DNA of 64,000 nucleotides from Octopus vulgaris (GCA_951406725.2 OX597836.1:26722001-26786000); one strand, 5' to 3'. Shown: positions 40,471 through 52,130, counted from the first letter of the stretch. The notes: generated from the sequence alone by a model not told the origin. Numbers and translations: made by a program.

Positions 40471-41565
40471 GTCTGCTGTGTTTACAGGAAATGTAAGTTT
40501 GAGTCTCATTGGCAGCCTTTTGATGTTTTCCATTCAAAGGGTTTTCATACAATATTTACTCACTCTTATTTATAGCTCAATCTACTTCAAGTTTTACTGT
40601 TCCTAAAAAAATTTAAAAAACCTTATGATTTCTTTTGCAAGGCTCTGCAAGGGGAGATTCCAAATTGAGTGAAGTTTTCCACATGTGAGTATTTTGAGTG
40701 TATTTCATCTAGCATTTGGGTTGCTATTTTTAGCTTTACCTGCTCGAAATAGCAACCCAAAGGATTTTAAATCAGATCCCTATGCTGGATGTTCCAGAAC
40801 CAAATGAAGGGCAGATTTTCAATCCTGGGATAATCCTGATTCCAAAAAGGTATAATATGTCAAGTAGACTATAGTTACCAATTTCTACAAATTTATTGGA
40901 GGACAACCTATCTCTCTCCAAGTGGAACTTGAAAATGTCAATAAGGACTTGACTGAAGAGAAAACTTTTTACCACCAGTTCTTTTGCTTGTGTTGATCAC
41001 ATAACCTCTTTTCCCCCTAGCTTTTCGATGGGGGAAACTGCCTGCCCTTCGTAGCCAAAGGAGGGCAGCAGGACAGTCTTCGAGGTGAACACACCCAATA
41101 ACTGGACATGCTCTACACATGATAATGGTTGTTTGACAAACTTTAACGTCAGGATTCCTCAAACACAGAAAGAATGCATGCAAAATGGCTTCATTGCTAT
41201 GCACACATCTCAGTCAAGTCCAGCAATGTCCCTCTGCTCACTGCCAGGCTAAGGATTTCTGGAAATCAGCCATTCTTGATAGAGTTCAGGAACAAACCAA
41301 CCAACTGTTTCTTTTTGACATCCAGAGCTTCCTTTAAAATGTTCTCTATTGGCTGTGAGCACCTGACAACATTTTAAGTGTCAGATATCCAATATTGGTA
41401 ACCCTTAACCCAGAACTGCAGTTCTGTCAAAGATGCTAGCTGTGAGAAAAATATACCTGACAGAGGGCAACCAGATCTCACCATCAAGAAATCTCTGTAG
41501 ATGACACAGCCTCCATACATGTCATCACATTATCAGACCTCAAACACAAAACACTCTGTATAGGT

Positions 41566-42188
41566 CAGTGGTTCTCAACTGGGGTCCACCAAGGCCCTTG
41601 GGGGTCCATATAAGATTTTGTTGTTAAAATTTAAGTGCAATGAATTGGTTATACTTCTAGTATTCACAAAATATTAAATTTTTTTTTGTGGCTGTGTGGT
41701 AAGTAGCTTGCTTACCAACCAAATGGTCCCGGGTTCATTCCCACTGTGTGGCACCTCGGGCAAGTGTCTTCTACCATAGCCTCAGGCCGACCAAAGCCTT
41801 GTGAGTGGATTTGGTGGACGGAAACTGAAGGAAGCCCATCATATATATGTATGTGTGTATAGGTTTATGTGTCTGTGTTTGTCCCCCCACCATCGCTTGA
41901 AAATTGATGGTGGTGTGTTTACATCCCCGTTCTTAATGGTTTGGCAAAACAGACCGATAGAATAAGTACTAGGCTTACAAAGAATAAGTCCTGGGGTTGA
42001 TTTGCTCAACTAAAGGCGATGCTCCAGCATGGCTGTAGTCAAATGACTGAAACAAGTAAAAGAGTATACAATTCCTAATATTTCATTATATAAGTACAGT
42101 AAGATTTTTATATATCTCAAATAGCTACGGAGATATATAAAATAGGAAGCAAAGGGGCCGATGGGCAAAAAATGGTTGAAAACCACTG
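41566..42188. mobile_element. hAT MITE containing SINE A (~41687-42066)
   Basis: CAGTGGTTCTCAAC ... GTTGAAAACCACTG TIRs; imperfect TSD GTATAGGT/GTATAGAG. Confidence 0.85.
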
Positions 42189-42728
42189 GTATAGAGTGTG
42201 CAACAGATGGACTGGCTGACCAACAGCTGTCCTTTCCACAGAAAAAAAAAAAAAGCAGATGCTCAAATCTGATCAAAGGGGACCTGAGATGTATATTCAG
42301 CGAGGCTGTGTCATCTGCAGACATTCCAAGAGAGTAAGATTTGGCTGCTCTCTGTGATGCATACTTTTCTTGCATCACATTTCTTTGACAGAGCTGCAAT
42401 CCAGGGCCAAAGAAGACCAACATTGGACATCTGAGACTTGAAATGTTGTCAGGTTCTCATAGTCCTTTACCTATTGGGAAATGCAACCATTTTGATGGTA
42501 TTGAAAAGAAACTATCCATCAGCTAGATGGATGGCTTTCTTTTGAATTCTACGAAGGATGTTTGTGTGTACCCATAGCACCAGCGGGTACTTAGAAGATA
42601 CCTCATAGAGTGACAATCATGCCTTGCATAGCTATTGGTTGCCCTTTGGCAAGGCATAGCACCTGTTCAGCCACCCTATAGGGCATATGGTGAAGTCATG
42701 GGACTGCAGTATGGCATATTGTGAAGAA

Positions 42729-42948
42729 TTATGGCAGCGAGCTGGCAGAATCGTTAGCATGCCAGGTGAAATGCGTAGCCGTATTTTATCTGCCGTTACG
42801 TTCTGAGTTCAAATTCCGCCAAGGTCGACTTTGCCTTTCATCCTTTCGGGGTCAATAAATTAAGTACCAGTTATGCACTGAGATCGATGTAATCGACTTA
42901 ATTCGTTTGTCCCCTGTGTTTAGCCCCTTGTGGGTAGTAAAGAAAGAT
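42729..42948 (+). mobile_element. SINE family B with TSD
   Basis: 13-bp TSD ATATTGTGAAGAA. Confidence 0.9.
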
Positions 42949-43129
42949 ATATTGTGAAGAAGTAGAAGAGCTCATCTGAATCAACAATACTTCTTACATT
43001 GCTGCTGAGCGGCGGAATCTAAGATCACCAAGCTTCTACCAAGAGAGTAACTGCAACACATCTATAGTGGCAGCGTCCATGATTGTGTAATCAGCTAACG
43101 AAAGATTCATTATGACTCAAGCTTCCAAT

Positions 43130-43380
43130 TCAGATATAATAGAATTAGGTGATGACAGAGGCTCACAGGAATCTATGCAAGCAGCACAGCAGGATGGATG
43201 GACGGATGGACAGCTCATACATACAAGCAGTTGTTCATTGTGGGTCACGCTTGAGATTTGTAGAGAATGAGTCGCTGTTTAGTGCTGGAGTAGTTTCTAG
43301 CTTTGAAGGGGTTTCGCCCTTGGTCCACAGTTATGAATGAGAGAGCTCGTCAAGAAAGATTACCAGAGATGGTGAAATCG
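43130..43380 (-). mobile_element. Decayed LINE RT C-terminal fragment (CR1/Jockey-like)
   Basis: KARNYSSTKQRLILYKSQA*PTMNNC resembles the LYKSQVRP.MEYC motif. Confidence 0.5.
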
Positions 43381-43769
43381 GACATGAGTGACAACTGATG
43401 ACATTGTTGATGATATAAGTGGTAGTAGTAGTAGTAGTAGTCGTTGTTAGTTAGGATTTAGAAATGGGATGGGCTGTGAAAAAATAATAAATTGAAACAT
43501 TTGTAAACGAAGCAGTTATCAAAAAATAAATTAAGAAATAAATAAAATAAGTAAACACAGTCTAAAAGTACTAGCAACAATACAAAGAGATGTAAAAACA
43601 ACAACAACAACAGCGATAACAAAAAAAGAAAGGCACAAAAATCTCCAGCAAAAAAAAAAAACGCAAACAAGAAAGCACCAGGAAGAATCGTCCTCCCAAC
43701 ATTAAAAAAAAATAAATGAAAAACAAACAAAATTTGAGGGAGGGTATACAATGTTTTATATAAGAGGCC

Positions 43770-44016
43770 ATCCGATTGGTTGAATTGTACACGAGTATCC
43801 AATCGTGTGCAATTTATTATGAGGCTGTACGGCAATGTTTCTCAAACCACCAACAATTGCAACAATGAAATGGAAATAACAGTAAAAAAAGTCATCTAAA
43901 CGTGTCTTCTAAATAAAAACACAGTGGAAACATTCGACTGATCCTTTATTTATATATATTCATATATCGATACGGCTTCGTTGTTTCTTTCTCGCTTTTT
44001 GGAGGCCTTGATCGAG
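43770..44016 (+). promoter_or_regulatory. Putative promoter and first exon of a plus-strand gene
   Basis: Inverted CCAAT pair (ATTGG 43775, CCAAT 43799), DRE-type TATCGATA 43965-43972, donor GAG|GTGAGT at 44016/44017; CpG retained to ~47.3 kb. Confidence 0.55.
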
Positions 44017-44019
44017 GTG

Positions 44020-44037
44020 AGTTTTTTATTATTATTA

Positions 44038-44068
<31 letters not shown>

Positions 44069-44217
44069 ATTATTTTGGTTTAGTTGTTGTTGTTGTTATT
44101 GTAGTTGTTGTTGTTGTGGTTTTTTTTATTCCTCTTGTATTTTTCTGTTTTTTTTTAAAAAATGGAATCGAAATTTTCATAACTTAATCTCTAATTGGAC
44201 TCATTAATGTATGCGCT

Positions 44218-44269
<52 letters not shown>

Positions 44270-44375
44270 TACATACACATGTCTGTCTATCTATCTATCT
44301 ATCTGTCTGTCTGTAAGTGCATGTTTATGTATATATATAGATATATATATATATTGTATTATATGCATCTGTATG

Positions 44376-44427
<52 letters not shown>

Positions 44428-44950
44428 TACACAAATATATATGTATATATATGCATGCACAAACACACAAGCTATAATTCGATCTGTTTACACAAGTATC
44501 TCCTCTGCAGTGTATAACAGTTCCCAGACCAACCCCATAAACACACACATACACACACACACAGAGGGGTATACACACATACGTCTATACATATATATAT
44601 GTATGTATACATAAATATATATATATATATGTACACACACTCACACACACTATCATTCTTGTGTCGTATGCTGTATTTCTGTAACAGTTTTCACGATCAC
44701 AACTCCTCATCTAACAAACGTGTTTGCTCTGCCATCGTTGTTTTGATTCTGTCTTGGGAAACAGAAATGTGTATTACATAAAAAACAACAACAACAGCAA
44801 ATCCCTTTCTCTCTCTAATGTGTGTGTGTGCTCGCGCGTGTATCCAATAATACATCATATATATATATATATATAGGATATGAATATATATATATACACA
44901 CACAGGCACTCATATATATATATATGTTATATTGTATATATATTTGTTGA
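44020..44950. repeat. Compound microsatellites (TTA, GTT, TG, TA, CA, TCTA)
   Basis: Seen directly in the sequence. Confidence 0.95.
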
Positions 44951-45430
44951 TTTTGTGAAATCTCTTTTGCAATTTAAGCTATTTTGTGGATCAAGACGTA
45001 ATATATATTTTAAAGTTGGTTTAGTTCCATCATCTCCACCACAACCATCATCAACATCAAGAATAATCACTGTTCGTTTCCCCCCACCTCTCTATCTCGT
45101 TTCTTTGGATTTTTGTTGTTTGTTTTTTGTCTGCAATTCTAATTCTTAATTTAATTTAATTCGTGCGTCAGTGTTTTTCAGGACAAGCAGTCAAGTAACC
45201 CACCCCTCTTTCTGTTATCATTTCCGTTTCTAAATAGACCTCTACCAACCGATGTGGGAATATATATATATATATATATATGTATGTATAACTGTTTGCT
45301 GAGAGAAGCTATCGTTATTGCTCTTTGCTCCAAGGCTAGACAAATCGATCTAAATCAACGCCACAAACCGACTGTCTAGACGAGAGCAGTTTTTTTTTCT
45401 ATCTCGTTTTGGCTTTTAGTTTTTATCCAG

Positions 45431-45528
45431 GATGGTGGGGGTTGTCCCTGTGGGTGTGAGAATCGCTAGCTGTTGTTTCTCTCGTAAAACACTTCCTCGC
45501 CCTCAGCATCCCCCCAAACAACCCAAAC
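45431..45528 (+). other. Candidate exon 2 with an ATG-initiated open frame (MVGVVPVGVRIASCCFSRKTLPRPQHPPKQPK)
   Basis: ttttagtttttatccag|G and AAC|gtatgt; only the ATG frame is open; no homology recognised. Confidence 0.45.
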
Positions 45529-45771
45529 GTATGTTTCCTGAAGGGATAAATGGACGAAAACGATATCGTTTTAGACACACACACGCACACACACATATAT
45601 ATATATAGCCAGGGTTGTTGGTACAGTTAGTTAACACGTATCACACTCCTCGGCAAATGTCCTTCGTTTGTACTGATTACATTTTGTTTAATTATAGAGT
45701 TTAAAAAAATCGAAACAAGCGTAAAGTTGTTGCCTGGCTGTTTTGCGTCTAGATTTAAGAACCCCTTTAAA

Positions 45772-45799
<28 letters not shown>

Positions 45800-45802
<3 letters not shown>

Positions 45803-46031
45803 TATTTCTTTACTACCCACAAGGGGGCTAAACATAGAGGGGACAAACAAGGACAGACAAAGGAATTGAGTCGATTACATCGACCCCAATGCGTAACTGG
45901 TACTTTATTTATCGACCCCGAAAGGATGAAAGGCAAAGTTGACCTCGGCGGAATTTGAACTCAGAACCTAACGACAGACGAAATACGGCAACGCATTTCG
46001 CCCAGCGTGCTAAAGATTCTGCCAGCTCGCC

Positions 46032-46083
<52 letters not shown>

Positions 46084-46232
46084 TAATAATCGTTTCTACT
46101 AAAGGCACGAGGCCTGACATTTTTGGGGAGGGGTTATGTCGAGTACATCGACTCCAGTGGTACGTACTTAATTTATCGACCCCAAAAGGATGAAAGGCAA
46201 AGTCGACCTCGCGGAATTTGAACTCTGAACGT
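45800..46232 (-). mobile_element. Two SINE family B copies flanked by (AAT)n
   Basis: Reverse complement of the 38680-38911 blocks. Confidence 0.88.
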
Positions 46233-46301
46233 AATATGATGATTCGTAAACAAACAACCGAGAGAGAGAGAGAGCAAGAGAGCTTAGGCAGATAGATAGA
46301 T

Positions 46302-46435
46302 GGTCATCCTTCGGTATTGGTCTCCGGTTGAGAAGACGTCATTCACCCACTTTTTCAGCCTAGCCTCTTTATCTATGTCCATGAGGGGAAGTTGGATGGG
46401 TGAATGATGTCGTCTTTCAATACCGAAGGATGGCC
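46302..46435 (+). other. Long imperfect hairpin
   Basis: 18-bp, 7-bp and 11-bp stems (GGTCATCCTTCGGTATTG / CAATACCGAAGGATGGCC; TCATTCACCCA / TGGGTGAATGA). Confidence 0.75.
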
Positions 46436-46786
46436 TGATAAGTGTTTGTGTATTGGATGCAGGCTGGACCGAGTGGTCAAGAAGTTTGTATCGCAATTAC
46501 GAGGTCCCGTTTTCGATCCCCGCTGCGTGCCCGTCTTAGGCTAGCGTCTTCTACATTTACCTGGAATCAACTCAAATATTCATAAACGAATTTGGTTCGA
46601 TGGAAACTGTGTGGAAGCCTTGTCACACAATGCCCAACGGGTGAAATACCCAGCCACTTTAGCCGATTGAATAACTGAAGTACTCATCGTTGAAACTGAC
46701 GGAGATCCATTTACATAATTTACATACATGCATCTAATACACACGGACACATGTAAGTTTGTGTGTATGTATGTATGTATGTATGT

Positions 46787-47093
46787 ATCATCATCATCAT
46801 CATCATCGTTTAGCGTCCGCTTTCCATGCTAGCATGGGTTGGATGGTTCAACTGGGGTCTGTGAAGCCAGAAGGCTGCATCAGGCCCCGTCTGATCTGGC
46901 AGTGCTTCTACGGCTGGATGCCCTTCCTAACGCCAACCACTCCGTGAGTGTAGTGGATGCTTTTTACGTGCCACCTGCACAGGTGCCAGGCGAGGATGGC
47001 AACGGCCACGGTCGGATTGGTGCATTTTACGTGCCACTGGCACGGAAGCAAGTCGAGGCGGCACTGGCATCAGCCACGATTCGGATGGTGCTT

Positions 47094-47098
<5 letters not shown>
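46787..47098 (-). mobile_element. RTE 3'-tail element
   Basis: (CAT)n followed by CGTTTAGCGTCCGCTTTCCATGC; GGATGCCCTTCCTAACGCCAACC. Confidence 0.85.
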
Positions 47099-47134
<36 letters not shown>

Positions 47135-47143
47135 GTATATATA

Positions 47144-47298
47144 GTAGGAGATGGATTTCGTATTAGGTTTTTATTAGGTACAACATATGTTTCGACCCAT
47201 CAATCTGAGTCTCTTCAATGTACCTGAAGAGACCCAGACTGATACGTCGAAACATATGTTGTACCGAATAAAAATCTAATACGAAATCCATCTCTTAC
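47144..47298. repeat. 155-bp palindrome made of two head-to-head Penelope-like ends
   Basis: ~75-bp arms with about 8 mismatches; each arm reads hammerhead core followed by AATAAA. Confidence 0.85.
47220..47264 (+). ncRNA. Minimal type I hammerhead ribozyme motif
   Basis: GTAC-CTGAAGA-GAC(12 nt)GTC-GAAAC-ATAT-GTT-GTAC. Confidence 0.65.
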
Positions 47299-47474
47299 CA
47301 TCAATTAATACTGTTATCCTAACTACTATTGCAGAGTTCCTGAAGTAGATCCAATGGAAGTGTACCAAAACTGCGAATGAAAAACAGGTAGCCTAAACTG
47401 TGCCGGTGCTATACTCAGCATTCAAACACATTAATTGAATTATACTTATTTGTCCCAAAACAATTATATGGTAT

Positions 47475-47878
47475 AGGCGCAGGAGTGGCTGTGTGGTAAG
47501 TAGCTTGCTAACCAACCACATGGTTCCGGGTTCAGTCCCACTGCGTGGCATCTTGGGCAAGTGTCTTCTGCTATAGCCCAGGCTGACCAATGCCTTGTGA
47601 GTGGATTTGGTAGACGGAAACTGAAAGAAGCCTGTCGTATATATGTATATATATGTATAAGTGTGTGTGTATATGTTTGTGAGTCTGTGTTTGTCCCCCT
47701 AGCATTGCTTGACAACCAATGCTGGTGTGTTTACGTCCCCATCACTTAGCGGTTCGGCAAAAGAGACCGATAGAATAAGTACTGGGCTTACAAAGAATAA
47801 GTCCCTGGGTCGGTTTGCTCGACTAAAGGCGGTGCTCCAGCATGGCCGCAGTCAAATGACTGAAACAAGTAAGAGAGT
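47475..47878 (+). mobile_element. SINE family A, young full-length copy
   Basis: AGGCGCAGGAGTGGCTGTGTGG head to GAAACAAGTAAGAGAG tail. Confidence 0.92.
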
Positions 47879-48247
47879 ATATAATTGTTAGCTCATACCA
47901 TGTATAATTATTAGCAATAGAAGAATGAGAATATTACTCCTTTACAAAAACCCCGTAATCATCAGATGAAACATAATTTTACGAACAAAAGAATGCCCCA
48001 AGAATACAGCAAGAATGGGGCTGAAGTCTGTCGAGGCTGACTATGAAATGGGAGAATGACCAACATGGTTGGCCGTTGAGGTCAAGAATGCAGTTCTTGA
48101 AAGGGTGTAATATGATATGGCTTCAGTTAGGAATCGTAACATATTACACAATCTAACGGATTGAATTACGCTTCCGTCAAAATAAAAGTTTCCAATGAAA
48201 CAGTTGTGACAATACCACATAACCCATTCATCTGCTTTTATTATGTG

Positions 48248-48249
48248 TC

Positions 48250-48281
<32 letters not shown>

Positions 48282-48490
48282 CATCATCATCTAAATGTCT
48301 CTGTATATGTGTATGTATGTATATATATATTTATATATATATGTATATTATTTCTATATATATATATATGTATATCATATATATATATATATGCATATAT
48401 ATATGTATATTATATATATATGCATGTATATATATATATATGTGTATATTATATATGTATATATGTATATTATATATATATATATGCATG

Positions 48491-48523
<33 letters not shown>

Positions 48524-48706
48524 GTATATTATATATGTATATATATATGTATATATATTATATATGTATGTTTGTATATTATATATGTATATATATATGT
48601 ATATATATTATATATGTATGTTTGTATATTATATATGTATATATACATATTATGTGTATACATATGTGTGTGTATGTATGTTATATAAGTATATATATAT
48701 ATATAT
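48248..48706. repeat. (CAT)n followed by long degenerate (TA)/(TATG) microsatellite
   Basis: Seen directly in the sequence. Confidence 0.95.
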
Positions 48707-48949
48707 GACAGGTCAATACCTAGAAACTGCAGTCTGTGCGTATCACTTAGGTTGACGAGGGAAGGATGACCTCCCTTTGCAAATACCATAAGGGCACAGA
48801 AAGTGTGCCTATAGCCAGCTGGAGATGTTTTCCTGGGGCTACAAGCTACAGTAACACCCACCCTTAGTAGTTAGCCATATTGAGATGGCAAATATACCTC
48901 ACATTGTCATGCAGTTACTGTTTATACCTCTTTCAGAGATTTATTATTG

Positions 48950-49024
<75 letters not shown>

Positions 49025-49555
49025 GTTATTTCTCATGGCTAGATATTGTAGCTGTGGCCGATGTCAACATCACATAACTGGCCTGTTTAAAAGTATCCTT
49101 CAATTGTGAGGCAGTATGCTGTGTTTGAGAAGACCTGTTGAGTCAAGTGATATCTTAGTTGTGGCCATTGTCAGTGCCGCCTGACTGGCTCCTGTGCCAG
49201 TGGCACATAAAAAGCTCCATTCAAGTATTTATATTATACTAGACCCCCTGCCGGTGGCACGTAAAAAGCACCCAGTACACTCTTGGAGTGGTTGGTGTTA
49301 GGAAATGCATCCAGCCATAGAAACCTTATCAGACCAGATTGGAGCCTGGTGCAGCCTCCTCGCTTGCCTGTCCTCAGTCAAACACTGTCCAACCCATGTC
49401 AGCATGGAAGGGGGATGTTAAAAGATGATGATGATGATGATTATATATGTATATATATATATAAAGTTAATCCAAACAAGAAAGCACAAAAAAACACAAC
49501 AACGCTAGGACGTGGAACAAATATAGTATTATTAGAAGCTCAGGAAAGAAGGAGG

Positions 49556-49590
49556 GTTTAACATTTCGAGTGGAGCTCTTCGTCGGAAAC
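49556..49590 (-). ncRNA. Degenerate minimal hammerhead motif in a Penelope-like fragment (~49465-49645)
   Basis: Minus strand GTTT-CCGACGA-A-GAG(CTCCA)CTC-GAAA-TGTT-AAAC; two core deviations. Confidence 0.45.
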
Positions 49591-49642
49591 ATAGGAGAAG
49601 GGAAGACAGAGGAAAAAAAATCGCCAACGGTACACACGAGGT

Positions 49643-49682
<40 letters not shown>

Positions 49683-49732
49683 CATACATACATACACACA
49701 CACATATACATAGACAAAGAGAGACATTTATG

Positions 49733-50713
49733 TATCATCATCATCATCATCATCATCGTTTAACGTCCGCTTTCCATGCTAGCATGGGTTGGACGGTTCA
49801 ACTGGGGTCTGGGAAGCCCGAAGGCTGCACCAGGCCAGTCAGATGTGGCAGTGTTTCTACAGCTGGATGCCCTTCCTAACGCCAACCACTCCGAGAGTGT
49901 AGTGGGTGATTTTATGTGCCACCGACACAGGTGCCAGACGAGGCTGGCAAACGGCCACGCTCGGATGGTGTTTTTTATGTGCCACCGACACAGGTGCCAG
50001 ACGAGGCTGGCAGACGGCCACGCTCGGATGGTGTTTTTTATGTGCCACCGACACAGGTGCCAGACGAGGCTGGCAGACGGCCACGCTCGGATGGTGTTTT
50101 TTATGTGCCACCGACACAGGTGCCAGACGAGGCTGGCAGACGGCCACGCTCGGATGGTGTTTTCTTATGTGTCACCGACACAGGTGCTAGACGAGGCTGG
50201 CGGACGGCCACGCTCGGATGGTGTTTGTTACGTGCCCTCAGCACGGAGGCCAGTCATTGCGGTACTGGCTACGGTCACGTTCGGATGGTTTTCTTATGTG
50301 CCACCGGCACTAATTTTCCACAAGGATACAAATTCCATTGATGTTCATCTATTTTGATTTGGTTCGATTTGATTTGATACGATTCGATTCTCACTTGCCT
50401 CAACAGGTCTTCACAAGTGTCACAAGAAGGAAGGTATGCACAGGTGGACTGACTACGTCCCAGGTAGGGGCCACGGATTATGGCTTCACTAGTCTTGCCG
50501 GGTCTTCTCACGCACAGCATACTTCCATAGGTCTCGGTCTCTAGTCATTTCCATGGTGAGACCTAACGTCCGAAGGTCGTGCTTCACCACCTCGTCCCAG
50601 GTTTTCCTGGGTCTACCTCTTCCACGGGTTCCCTCAACTGCTAGGGATTGGCACTTTCTCACACACCTCTCTTCATCCATTCTCGCCACATGACCATACC
50701 AGCGCAATCGTCT
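49733..50713 (-). mobile_element. Young 5'-truncated RTE LINE: ORF end, 3' UTR with five 63-bp tandem repeats, (GAT)n tail
   Basis: RLRWYGHVARMDEERCVRKC...GRGRPRKTWDEVVKHDL at 50489-50713; repeats at ~49911-50226. Confidence 0.92.
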
Positions 50714-51333
50714 CTAGGTCATCAGCGTCACTTGGGCTAATCATAGATTTCATATAAGAATACATTCCTGCTCGAAGAATTTCACTTTCCGCTTTATTTC
50801 TAGCCCTAAATGGGTTTTTTTTTCTATATCAAGCACTATGTCTTTCTCCATTTCTCAGTTAAGAGTAAAAATAAAGCAACCCTGCAAAACACAACCGATC
50901 TTTACACACAGGCGTTCAGAATACCAGCAATCAAATAACGACAGCGGAGTGCACAACAAACATCAGCGATCTGACTCTCCTGTATTCTTGACAAGAGTTA
51001 GCTTTTTACACCAACCAGGCTCATTCGGATTAGTCCAAGTTGCTGGATAATTTTTCGTTCCTTTAAGAATATTGTCGAATGGAAACCTTTCATAGATTGG
51101 AATTTAAATCCTAATCTCTGTAGAAATTTATTGTTTGAAGAAAACATTGAATTTGAATTACTTTTAATTTTTACAATTATAAATAACATCTCTGGCTGTA
51201 ACTTCTGAGCCCGAGTCAGGCGCGGGTGAACAATGTCAAGAGAACGTCTGCTACAAATGTCCGTCACACACAGAGAAAGATATCTGATGCCATTGCTGTC
51301 GGTTTTCTCAATATTTAAAAATTCCTCCTTACC

Positions 51334-51630
51334 CATCATCATCATCATCATCATCATCCTTTAACGTCCGTTCTCCATGCTAGCATGGGTTGGATGGTTC
51401 GACTGGGGATCTGGGAAGACAGAAGGCTGCACCAGGCTCCGGTCTTATCTGGCAATGTTTCTACAGCTGGATGCCCTTCCTAACGCCAACCACTCTGTGA
51501 GTGTAGTGGGTGCTTTTTACGTGCCACCTGCACTGGTGCCAGGCGAGGCTGGCATCGGCCACGCTCGGATTGGTGCATTTTACGTGCCACCTGCACAGAA
51601 GCCAGTCGAGACGGCACTGGCTTCGGCCAT
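51334..51630 (-). mobile_element. RTE 3'-tail element
   Basis: Same tail as 49733 and 46787. Confidence 0.85.
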
Positions 51631-51688
51631 ACCCATGCATTAATATTTTATTTTAGGGTGATTTTCTTTTGTTTGGTTATTTTAGTCA

Positions 51689-52130
51689 GTGCCTGATCTG
51701 GTCCTCTCTGTCCTGCTCTACAGTTGTGAAACACGAACACTGTCTTGGACTCTTAGGAGCTGTGGTGAACTTCTTTCGTCTCAGGACACTTTGCAGGATT
51801 ATGGATTACCATTGGTTGGATTTCATATCCAACCAATGACTCTACTCAGAAACTGGGATGTGTCCTGTTGCTTGTATAATTCAGGAGCGTCAACTCAGAT
51901 TATTTGGCCCTGTTGCTCAGTTTTCCAGGTTAAACCCTGCTTACTGTGTTCTCTTCACTGAAGTTCCAGCTGGGTCGATGGCTTGTGTTGGTCAACCATA
52001 TGTCACATGGTCACAGAAGATGGGGCGGCATCTTGCAGAGACAGGGACTGACTGGGATTCTGTTCAATGAGTTGCTTAGGAGGACCCTGGAATATATCAA
52101 CAAATGATGAATGCAGCAGAGTGCTGCATG
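51689..52130 (+). mobile_element. Decayed RTE LINE C-terminal fragment
   Basis: LVLSVLLYSCETRTL and IQERQLRLFGPVA. Confidence 0.7.

Larger units (their letters stand above)
40770..43100 (-). mobile_element. Decayed L1/Tx1-type LINE ORF2, interrupted by a hAT MITE and SINEs
   Basis: NEAILHAFFLC (zf-RVT-like), LCHLQRFLDGEIW, LVFFGPGLQ segments; boundaries approximate. Confidence 0.55.

Noticed and set aside
48161-48861. 110-175-aa Y/I/C/M-rich ORFs (also at 44195-44614 and 58611-59018)
   Set aside because: Dinucleotide microsatellite artefacts
49776-50357. 193-aa ORF with 21-aa repeats; CRISPR-like periodicity
   Set aside because: 63-bp tandem units in an RTE 3' UTR; no unique spacers, no cas genes, eukaryotic context
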